Below, one piece after another: positions 7,695 to 16,270 of a stretch of 29,780 bases of DNA (position 1 is the first letter of the stretch; every line of letters starts with the position of its first letter). A program made the position numbers and the translations under genes. Under the pieces are notes generated by a model. That model ran no database searches. It was given only the letters and a program-made list of their open reading frames with translations, and was not told the origin of the DNA. Source of the DNA: Fibrobacteria bacterium (GTDB lineage Bacteria; Fibrobacterota; Fibrobacteria; UBA11236); NCBI GenBank assembly GCA_043732185.1, contig JAYTHY010000082.1, forward strand, positions 1-29,780. Reading direction: 5' to 3'.

Positions 7695-10600
7695 CTAAAA
7701 CCGCATGGTGAACTCGCCGTGCACAGTGAGTTCATGAGTAGATTCTTCTTTGGGTGTATGCCAAAGTTTGTTATAAACGTATTTGGTGTAAAATAGTGCG
7801 TCTACATTATTGGTGAAGTTGTAAGAGGCTTCCGGTTTCACTGTTGCTGTTAACACATTCGAATCTTTATGGGGCCGCGCACCGGGTAAAGTCTGCTCGG
7901 TATAGGAATAGTTCGTCGTACCCGTTATTTTTAGCCGGAGATTATTTTCCAGCTTAACGTAATAACGCCAAAACTGAATGCCCTTTTGGGTTTGGAGATC
8001 CCAAGACAATGTGGCTTCGGTGCCCACATTCACACCGTCCTTTGGGGATTGCGCCGAATCCACTCGGCGGTACACGGTTAAGTCTTGTTCCGGTAAACCG
8101 GTATATTTACCGTACCAATTGTATTCTACTTTTTCCCCTGGAAGTTTTAGGAAAAATATTTCCCGATCTAACCCTCCTGTGAATCGCAATTCAGCGCGTA
8201 TGTCCTTGTTGGTAGTCGCGGACAATCCTAGTATTGGATCAAATTTGTATGTGGTTTTCCGCTTCTCTTGTGACAGCGAGAACAGGGTATGATTTTCTTC
8301 TTGACGATAGTTGAACATTGTCGTTGAGGTTATCGACTTCAAGTTCTTGTGCAGGAATGGGAGCTTGGCGGCAAAATCTCCAAAGGTTCCCGAGACGGTG
8401 ACATCCGGCCACACCACGGAGGTATCACTCGGCTGAATGGCCCGGAATAACGTGTACTCCTTGCTGTACTTGACATTTAAGGACAAGCTCAAATCCACCC
8501 AAGGCACAGTGAGTCCAGTACTGCCGTCCCAGGAACGGTTGACACCATGGCTAAAGCGGGTACCCGATAAAGCAGGATCAGGTGCTGAGAGATAGTCCAT
8601 GACACGCGGATTCGGTTCACCATCAAATAGGGTGGACAAAAAGTTTCCTATCCCGCTATACACCCATCCGAGCTGATAGGCATAATACTCGTAAGCGGTG
8701 GGCATCTTTGTCGTAAGACTGCCATAGGTGAATTCTTCGTTATTGTACTTTTGCCCAACGGTATAACTCACGTCAAAATTCCGAAGGCGCCAATCCTCCA
8801 TGCGTTTTCGGAAGACTCCCAGAAAACCCTTGCCAGCGCCTGACGCTCCAATTAAAGTGGGCAAACTTAAAGAAGCATTGAGCTTGATGTCGTGATCGGC
8901 ATTGGCCTCAAAATGCTCCTGGCTTGCCAGGCCAGCGCCAAAACGATCGGGAACAGAATCTGCCCGCGTTTGATGGTAACCGGAATTGAAATTAACGCCC
9001 GTGGTAAGCCAAGTGAATATACTCGGATTCAAGTCGGTATGGAAGCTCTGTGTGCGATTCCGTTCCCGCATAAGAATCAGGTAATCATCGCCGTGATGGG
9101 TAGGATTCCGATCCGGCCCATCGTAACCGAACACAAGTCCTTTGGCCATGAAGCCCTCATCGCAGCCGCCTTTTTCAGTTTGTCCAAAGAAGGTTTCCCG
9201 ATCAAAACATTCGTGTTCATTGTCGAAATCGCGATCCACAGCCACGCGGTATCCAAAGTTGAAAAAGGACAACAATCTCCATTCCATATCCACGCCATGC
9301 GTCAACGCCACGGTATAGGTGGGTGGAAGAGTCAAGGGAACGTCGAGTTCACTGCGAGGTTTGTTTAAAGTGGAGGAACGGATAAAGCCCAAATCAGCCA
9401 CGGTCAAGTTTACTTTTTCCGGTAAAGGCGAGAACTCCATGCCGGAGAGGAACGCGGGCATATATTTCCATTTGTCTGTCATTGCCAGGGGCTTGTAGGT
9501 TTTGGGAGTAAAAGGCGAAAGCGTGTAGATGAGCTTGGTTTGATAATTTCGGGATTCGTTCATGGAAAAAAAATCGTTGTGGTTGGATGCGGCATAGGAG
9601 TAAACGATGTCCGGCCGTTCCAGAAATGTTTGGGTCAGGTAATTGGAAGATCGATGCTCCTTTTTATACGAAGTCGAAAACTTTTCTTCGAAAACCGTAT
9701 TCTGGTATACCCGGGCGTAACGATTTTCCACATCCTTGGCGCTGTCAGCTGTGTTTTGCACGCTCAAGTGTTGATCGGCAATGTCGCCGAGAATATCCAT
9801 AAAGCCTGTGCCCGTGAGCCCTAGATCCACGGTGGGTTTGGTGAAGGGGCGGGAAATGGCGCCGTGGTATTGCAAAGACAATGGAATGCTAACACCCCAT
9901 TGGTCTGGAAAGACTTTGTTGGCAAATACCGTCAGGTTTGAATTGTAATCCACCGTAGACTGGGAGTTGGCTGGAGTTGTCTTGGTTTCGCTCATGGTGG
10001 TAAAACCACCATTCTTATAGGTCAAGTTTCCGGAAACATTTACGAAGTCGGAAAAATCGAGTTGCAACATGGTGCGCATGCTGCTCCCCAAAGTATGGTC
10101 CACTCCCGATAAACGAAGATCATTCACCCAGATGTCGCCCTTTTGCGTTTCACCGGCGCCGGAATCCACATAGATGACCAGCCGCATCCAATCGATTCGC
10201 GACAAAGTGGGGGTGCCGACCACTGATACGGTCAGGGAGGAATCCTGGCGGCCGGAATGCCAGGCTTTGCGGGTGACTGGGCGGCCGTTGAAGGCCCGGT
10301 AGACAGGATCATTCTTGAGATCTGTCAGCAAGGCTACGGGGATGTCGAAGCTGTTCCTTTCCCATAGCGTGGCATGGGAGGGCTTGGTCAAACCCATGGT
10401 ATCCATGTGGATTTTAATTTCATAATAATCTTTGGAATCTCGGTTGCCTTGATCCTTGCCTAGGCGCAATCCCAAACTCACCTTATTTTGTCCTGGCCTA
10501 GCGTTAAGGGTGTTCAAAGCCTGATTTGAATCTGGATGGATATCCATGAGTATGCGTGCATACAAAGTCAGATCCTTGGGCTCACTCCCTAGCAGCCGCG

Positions 10601-13600
10601 TCGCATGCACCACTTCACCCGGATGCAAGTTTTCATAGCGCAGCACTAGAGAGCGCTCGGGCATCGGTTCGTCCGTTCTCACATCCCGTTCTATTTTAGT
10701 GTTCGGTGAGGGCTGATAACTTTTCTCTTCCTGCTTATTGATGATGGTAACCTTGAGCCGATTGCTGTCTGGAATGGATGGCGGCAGGTGGATGGCCAGG
10801 CTATCGTGCAAATCGCCGCTGGCAAATCGGTCCGCGTCAATTTCAAAGGTGTGGTTTCTATCGCTTTCCTCCCAAGTATTGCCGACGAGATTAACCCGAG
10901 CCAAGAGCACTTCTGCTTTGGGAATATGGGATGGAAGACCACCCAGCCATAGTCGAATGATTTTAACATTGGAAAGAATCTGCGCTTCACTTTCACCGGC
11001 CACTGCGCCCATGCGGGTTCCGGAACCATACAAAGGAATTTGGTATTTGCGCCAGCCATTCTTGAGCTCTTCGCAATGATGCAGTGGAGTGCAAGAACTG
11101 TCCAAGGGCAATTGATACCGGAGGAAAGTGTTTTTGGTATCTAGCACGCCGGAGCGATCCAAATCTTCCGTATCATACCCATACGCTTGGGTTCCCGTAT
11201 TGTTTTTTTCCGTTCCATTTACATGGTAGTTCTGCTCGGTGGCGTCAGCAACTGGTTCCACATAGTTGTCCTGCCCCGGATCAGAGTTGCTGGAGTCCAA
11301 CGTGTTCGCATAACAGGTGGGTTTACACTCCCACCTAACCCCCTTTTCGGCCGCACCGTCTAGACCATCAAGTCCGCGGTCAAATCTATTGGTGGTTTCA
11401 CGGCCCACATCGATCTCCGATTCCAATTTGGCATCAGGTTCCCCGTTGTTAAGACCGGCAATACTGATGTCCTCCGATATTTGACCCAAATCCACGCTCA
11501 GTGTGCCTTCGCGTCCGTTGACCACAACTTCCAATGATCTTTTCTTACTCTGATTGAACGAGCCCGAGCTCAAGGCGCGCATGACCCCACCCCAGGAATG
11601 GCCCTCCAGATTGTCATTGGGTTGCAGGCTCAGCTTCAACAAGGTCTGTTCACGGCTATTGGTATAGCCGTTGCCCGTACTGCCGTAAATGGTGGAGTAA
11701 ATTTCCTTGATGCTGGAATGCCAAACAAATTGACCTTGATGCCGATAGTCCAGCGTTTCATCCGGTTTACCCAGAGCGTCGAAAGTTGGCGGCGAGGCCT
11801 TGTACCAGCTGTAAATGGTCATGGGCATAGGCAGGGTATTTTCGCTGCTTTCAAAATTGTCCAAGTAGGCGCTTTCCTTGGGGTTGGGATTGTACCGACT
11901 TTGGGCCACTTCGAATTCAAAATTGGCTTTGGAAGGTGCTTCCGTTTGTACAAAAGGGAAAAGGTTGGCAGCCGCCGTCATCCACTTGGGGCTGCCGGCC
12001 AAGCGCGCATTAAATCCCCACAGAAACTGGTTGAACGGTTCACGGCCCAGTTCGGGGCGTTCGGAAGTGGTGCTTTGACTTTTGTAAAGAATGGTAGCAC
12101 CCAACAAACTTTCATCGGAAATGCCGTCCAGCTTGTAGTCCAAGCGGGTACCCAGCAGGATTTTATCCTGGATCTGGAAGGGAGGGTTGCATTCATAACT
12201 GATATCGATTTTGGCGCTAGGATCCTTGGCCCGCGGGGAAAGCAAAGTGATCTGGCCCGTCTCATACAGCACTTCGTAGTCGATATTCCGGATCAATACC
12301 GTTGAACCACCAAGGATCAGCTTTTCAGTATCCTTTTCGATATCCACGCATTGGGAACCGCTCACCGAATGGGAATTCTCCCGTACATCGAAGGTGGACT
12401 TGCGCTGCTTGCCGGTAACAACAAATTTATGCGTGGTGGGCCCACTCTGGATTTCATCCACGGGATCGCTGTAAATCCTAGTGTTGGGATTGACTCGCTT
12501 CATGGGCGTCAAACAATTAACTGAATCGTCAGTGCGGCTGATGCCGCCTTGACAGGGCAGCACCATGTAGCCCAACGCGACGTTGAATAACTTGGGGTCG
12601 TCAATATTAATCACGCCTTGCTTATCCGGTTTCTCTAAGCCTAAACGGCGAATAAAAGACATGGTGTCGAGCGGGTCACGCTCCAAACTGTCGCTGCTAT
12701 TCACCAGTCGAACGCGGAAATTCTGCTTGTCGTCTTTGGAAACCACGCCGGTGCTGTAAACATTTCGCCACATTAAACTGTCCAGTTCTGGTTTGCCAAT
12801 CAGGGAGCGGGAATGGATAAGAATTAGGTTTTTTAAATCCTTTCTCCCCGCGAGAGTGGGGACAAAATCCCCTTGCCAGCGCACGCCAATGGACATGTTG
12901 CGATTGCCGTTCATCACGGTGAGCATGCGCATGTCCTCGTCATAATAAAAGTCGGTTCCCTCTTTGAGGGTTTTCCATCGGCCGCTTTCGCACACATCTT
13001 CGATGGCTCCCGTCCCGTCGTACACGCAAGCCGTTGCCGTATCCTTGAAATTGATTTCCTCACCCGTCAGCAGAAGCTGAAAAACATCCACTTGGCGGCG
13101 GCCCTTGCCTCCGTTGGCATAAGCACTGGGAATGCCGGTCCAGTTGGCTGGATTGCGATAATCCTCACGGTCGGAAAGTTTAAGGAAAAAGTGCCGATGC
13201 AGATCGATGGCCCGGTCTTCAATGGTGAAGTTTCGCTGTTCCTCCCCAGACGCGCCAAGCGTTTGCCGCTCTTGCGATCCACCTTCTTGCGATGCGATGG
13301 TCGTCACCTCTAACCCGCCGAACTTCATCCGCATTTTAAGACCGAATAATCCTTTATGCGACTCGGTGTATCCAGTGAGACTTGTACCCGCCAAAGCCAA
13401 GGAAGTATTTCCAGCTTCGATTTCTTGAATAATATCGTCCTCGAGCTCATCCCCTTCGCCCTTATAGGTAATCTTGAGCTGTTCCTTGAGATTGCTGCTG
13501 AAATCATTTTCATTGTTGATTTCGATATTGATGAGCCGCCCAATGGAACCCTTGACGGAAAAAGCTGGCTGCTGATCCATATGTAAATTGGGAAACCAAC

Positions 13601-14249
13601 TGTCCCCTCCAGCCAAGGCTCCGTTTCCGGAAAGCCGCGTGCCTTCAACAATCAATTTGTACGATCCATTGATGCGCAGACGCGGCTTGTCGACGCCAAT
13701 CCGCTTCATCCAGTCTGGTACGTTGACGGGTAGGACGATATCCAACATGCCGGGACCATTAGGCTGCGAGGCCTCTTCCTTGCCGATAAACTGGTTAAGC
13801 CATAGTTTTCTTAAAGCCAAGTCATTCATTTCCACGGAATACACATTGAGCTCATGATAGTACGCCTGCCATAAGGGCGTGGAGTCCTGGGCACCGGGCT
13901 GTGCTCCCGAGGGGGCGAGGCTCAGGTAACTGATGATCTCCACTTGGCGCGTCTCGAAATTGATATTGTGCCGACGTTTAAGGTAGAGACTATTGATTTG
14001 CAATAGCCCTTTCCCGGCTGTGCTTTCGACACCTTTTTGGGGCAAAAGTGCTTCAAGTGGCTTGGCCGATTCGGGAACGTTTAGATACTCTTTTTCCTCG
14101 ATATAGATGCTGAATGCAGGTTGGATGGAAACGGCAACGAGTAGGATACAGACGCAAAAAGACCTAAAGCCAGCATTACTCCTAGGCCAAGCGCGGGCAG
14201 CGTGGTCTTGGATACACATGAAAATTTTGGACAAGCGGATAAACTCCAC
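7695..14249 (-). CDS. sprA: SprA/Sov-family type IX secretion system outer-membrane translocon (cell surface protein SprA); start may be ATG at 14219
   Basis: 2184 aa; SprA-type motifs LKITYKG...EDDIIQEIEAGNTSL, GLFGLK.RMKFG.LEVTTIASQ, AYLDNFE, WGGVMRAL, DTEDLD, IWVNDLRL; signal peptide; C-terminal Phe beta-signal. Confidence 0.9.
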   Translation of the reverse strand: MEFIRLSKIFMCIQDHAARAWPRSNAGFRSFCVCILLVAVSIQPAFSIYIEEKEYLNVPESAKPLEALLPQKGVESTAGKGLLQINSLYLKRRHNINFETRQVEIISYLSLAPSGAQPGAQDSTPLWQAYYHELNVYSVEMNDLALRKLWLNQFIGKEEASQPNGPGMLDIVLPVNVPDWMKRIGVDKPRLRINGSYKLIVEGTRLSGNGALAGGDSWFPNLHMDQQPAFSVKGSIGRLINIEINNENDFSSNLKEQLKITYKGEGDELEDDIIQEIEAGNTSLALAGTSLTGYTESHKGLFGLKMRMKFGGLEVTTIASQEGGSQERQTLGASGEEQRNFTIEDRAIDLHRHFFLKLSDREDYRNPANWTGIPSAYANGGKGRRQVDVFQLLLTGEEINFKDTATACVYDGTGAIEDVCESGRWKTLKEGTDFYYDEDMRMLTVMNGNRNMSIGVRWQGDFVPTLAGRKDLKNLILIHSRSLIGKPELDSLMWRNVYSTGVVSKDDKQNFRVRLVNSSDSLERDPLDTMSFIRRLGLEKPDKQGVINIDDPKLFNVALGYMVLPCQGGISRTDDSVNCLTPMKRVNPNTRIYSDPVDEIQSGPTTHKFVVTGKQRKSTFDVRENSHSVSGSQCVDIEKDTEKLILGGSTVLIRNIDYEVLYETGQITLLSPRAKDPSAKIDISYECNPPFQIQDKILLGTRLDYKLDGISDESLLGATILYKSQSTTSERPELGREPFNQFLWGFNARLAGSPKWMTAAANLFPFVQTEAPSKANFEFEVAQSRYNPNPKESAYLDNFESSENTLPMPMTIYSWYKASPPTFDALGKPDETLDYRHQGQFVWHSSIKEIYSTIYGSTGNGYTNSREQTLLKLSLQPNDNLEGHSWGGVMRALSSGSFNQSKKRSLEVVVNGREGTLSVDLGQISEDISIAGLNNGEPDAKLESEIDVGRETTNRFDRGLDGLDGAAEKGVRWECKPTCYANTLDSSNSDPGQDNYVEPVADATEQNYHVNGTEKNNTGTQAYGYDTEDLDRSGVLDTKNTFLRYQLPLDSSCTPLHHCEELKNGWRKYQIPLYGSGTRMGAVAGESEAQILSNVKIIRLWLGGLPSHIPKAEVLLARVNLVGNTWEESDRNHTFEIDADRFASGDLHDSLAIHLPPSIPDSNRLKVTIINKQEEKSYQPSPNTKIERDVRTDEPMPERSLVLRYENLHPGEVVHATRLLGSEPKDLTLYARILMDIHPDSNQALNTLNARPGQNKVSLGLRLGKDQGNRDSKDYYEIKIHMDTMGLTKPSHATLWERNSFDIPVALLTDLKNDPVYRAFNGRPVTRKAWHSGRQDSSLTVSVVGTPTLSRIDWMRLVIYVDSGAGETQKGDIWVNDLRLSGVDHTLGSSMRTMLQLDFSDFVNVSGNLTYKNGGFTTMSETKTTPANSQSTVDYNSNLTVFANKVFPDQWGVSIPLSLQYHGAISRPFTKPTVDLGLTGTGFMDILGDIADQHLSVQNTADSAKDVENRYARVYQNTVFEEKFSTSYKKEHRSSNYLTQTFLERPDIVYSYAASNHNDFFSMNESRNYQTKLIYTLSPFTPKTYKPLAMTDKWKYMPAFLSGMEFSPLPEKVNLTVADLGFIRSSTLNKPRSELDVPLTLPPTYTVALTHGVDMEWRLLSFFNFGYRVAVDRDFDNEHECFDRETFFGQTEKGGCDEGFMAKGLVFGYDGPDRNPTHHGDDYLILMRERNRTQSFHTDLNPSIFTWLTTGVNFNSGYHQTRADSVPDRFGAGLASQEHFEANADHDIKLNASLSLPTLIGASGAGKGFLGVFRKRMEDWRLRNFDVSYTVGQKYNNEEFTYGSLTTKMPTAYEYYAYQLGWVYSGIGNFLSTLFDGEPNPRVMDYLSAPDPALSGTRFSHGVNRSWDGSTGLTVPWVDLSLSLNVKYSKEYTLFRAIQPSDTSVVWPDVTVSGTFGDFAAKLPFLHKNLKSITSTTMFNYRQEENHTLFSLSQEKRKTTYKFDPILGLSATTNKDIRAELRFTGGLDREIFFLKLPGEKVEYNWYGKYTGLPEQDLTVYRRVDSAQSPKDGVNVGTEATLSWDLQTQKGIQFWRYYVKLENNLRLKITGTTNYSYTEQTLPGARPHKDSNVLTATVKPEASYNFTNNVDALFYTKYVYNKLWHTPKEESTHELTVHGEFTMRF

Positions 14250-14448
14250 CCCAGGTCAGGGAAAAACAACTTGATTATTATACGAAAATGGCCATTTCAA
14301 ACCTGTTCGAGGGGACGATTATTTTTCGCCCAAGCCCTTGATATAGCTATCGGTAGGGAATGCATTTGCTAGTTTTACGCCCCCGGCTGGAAGGGCGTTC
14401 GCCGAGCTCTTCCATCAACCTTCATATTGCGGCAAACTCTACTTCCGA

Positions 14449-15357
14449 ATGCAAAGACCCCAAGCAGATTCTCAGGATGGACAGGACGACCGGAAAAAAC
14501 GGTGGAAATTCGGTCAGAATTTTCTCGTAGACGAGTCCGTGATCCGCCAAATAGCGGAAGATGTGCCCTGCGGACCCACCGATTGGGTGCTGGAAATCGG
14601 TCCAGGTGCGGGTGCGATCACGCGCCGATTGCTACCCCGCTGCCAAAAGCTTACCGCCATTGAAATCGATTCAAAGTGGGTGGAGCATCTGCGCAAGCAC
14701 CCGGAATGGGGCAATCTCGAAGTCATCCAGGCCGATGCAACCCGCATTGATGTCGAGGATGTTTTGCTGCGGAGCGCTCCGAAGCCCGGTACCAAGCCTT
14801 TTTTAGTTGGAAACTTGCCCTACAATAGGGCCGCGCCAATTCTTTTCCGATTTCTGCCTTTTATCCACCGTTTTAAAGCCATGAATATCATGGTTCAATA
14901 CGAAGTGGGCAAACGCATTTGCGCCATTCCCCATACTCGAAATTTCGGCTTTCTTTCCGTGTTCATCCAGAACCACGCCACTGTGGAAATGCTGCAGAAA
15001 ATCCCGCAAGACGCCTTCCGCCCCCGGCCCAAGGTGCTGTCAGCCACCCTCCGCCTCACTCCACTGGCAGCTCCTAAAACCGAAGACCCCATGTTCTTGA
15101 GATTTGTGGAACTGGCCTTTTCACAAAAGCGCAAAAAGATGAGCAACTCTTTGCTCCCGTTCTATCCTAAAGATAAAGTCAATGCCGCGCTCATTGCCGT
15201 CGAAGCTGGTGAAAACGCCCGGGCCGAGGATCTCTCCGTGGATCAGTTTGTTGCCGCTTTTAAAACCTTGGGGCCGCCGCCGGGAGTTTTGCCTCGCAAA
15301 GCCAATTTGCCGGACATTTCAGGCCTTGGAATCGAAGCAGATGAAGAAGAAGGTTAA
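14449..15357 (+). CDS. rsmA: 16S rRNA (adenine-N6,N6)-dimethyltransferase RsmA/KsgA
   Basis: FGQNFL, VLEIGPGAGAIT, AIEID, VGNLPYN, MVQYEVG.RI, AFRPRPKVLS, AFSQKRK, RAEDLS. Confidence 0.95.
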   Translation: MQRPQADSQDGQDDRKKRWKFGQNFLVDESVIRQIAEDVPCGPTDWVLEIGPGAGAITRRLLPRCQKLTAIEIDSKWVEHLRKHPEWGNLEVIQADATRIDVEDVLLRSAPKPGTKPFLVGNLPYNRAAPILFRFLPFIHRFKAMNIMVQYEVGKRICAIPHTRNFGFLSVFIQNHATVEMLQKIPQDAFRPRPKVLSATLRLTPLAAPKTEDPMFLRFVELAFSQKRKKMSNSLLPFYPKDKVNAALIAVEAGENARAEDLSVDQFVAAFKTLGPPPGVLPRKANLPDISGLGIEADEEEG

Positions 15358-15398
15358 GCAGGTCGAATAGGCCTTCCGCTACGCGCTCGAACGGCCAT

Positions 15399-15818
15399 TT
15401 ATTGAACGTGAAGCATCGCCCTTGGTGCCTGAATATAAGCTTTGATTCCGTTCTTCCGCTCCGTTTGCATGGCCAACTCTCCTCGCACCGACTGCATTTT
15501 AGCCTGCATCAACCGAAAAACTTGATTGTCCGCGGCCTGCATTTTGAGGGAGAAGTCGAGGACTAAACTCCGTTTCTCTTCCACCAATGCCTTTTCATTG
15601 GAGGGGATCCACTTCTCGGCTTGAATGGTTTTAAGCAGTTCCAATACCTGAACCGTGGCCTCACCGGAACGATCGAGAATTTTCTTGCGTGCGTCAAGAA
15701 TGCGCAGGGTCAAGCCTTCATCGTCCGGCTTAATTTTCTTCACCAGATCCACAGCCATTTGGTATAGGCTGTAAAGCATGTCTAGCTCGGTGATGGTTTG
15801 CTGGGTTAAGGGATGCAT
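15399..15818 (-). CDS. Helical flagellar chaperone-like protein (FliT-like by position)
   Basis: 139 aa, predicted helical, directly downstream of fliD-fliS; C-terminal K..IKAY pattern resembles FliT-type proteins. Confidence 0.55.
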   Translation of the reverse strand: MHPLTQQTITELDMLYSLYQMAVDLVKKIKPDDEGLTLRILDARKKILDRSGEATVQVLELLKTIQAEKWIPSNEKALVEEKRSLVLDFSLKMQAADNQVFRLMQAKMQSVRGELAMQTERKNGIKAYIQAPRAMLHVQ

Positions 15819-15838
15819 GCTGCTTTTTCGATTGCGCG

Positions 15839-16267
15839 TTAGGAAACCAAGGATAGGGAAGAGCTGGCTTTGTCGGAAAGCGAATTGTGATCTTCGCGAC
15901 GTACATTTTCGATGGCAATAAGCCAGGCTTCCCGCAAACTGCTCATCATGGCCATTACATCATGGAGATATTGAGAAGAGCGAAGTTTGATGGCCTGGGT
16001 CAAGTGCCGGGAATAGAACTCGTAAAGCCTAAAAAGGTTTTTGGAGATGTCCCCGCCTTTTTCCATGTCCAACGCACACATAAGTTCGGTGATGCCCTGC
16101 TGAACTCTTTGCACCGACTTAACCATTTTCTCAACATTGTTGGAAAGCAGTTCTTCATCGGCCTTCTTGCACCACTTGATGCAATGATCGTAGATCATGA
16201 TTACGAGCTTACCACGATCTGCCGTGGTGATATTGGCTGCTTTATAGCTCTGGTGCGCGTATGACAT
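15839..16267 (-). CDS. fliS: Flagellar export chaperone FliS
   Basis: Y...NITTADRGKLVIMIYD, ITELMCALDMEKGGDISKNLFRLYEF, LREAW. Confidence 0.95.
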   Translation of the reverse strand: MSYAHQSYKAANITTADRGKLVIMIYDHCIKWCKKADEELLSNNVEKMVKSVQRVQQGITELMCALDMEKGGDISKNLFRLYEFYSRHLTQAIKLRSSQYLHDVMAMMSSLREAWLIAIENVRREDHNSLSDKASSSLSLVS

Positions 16268-16270
16268 TTA

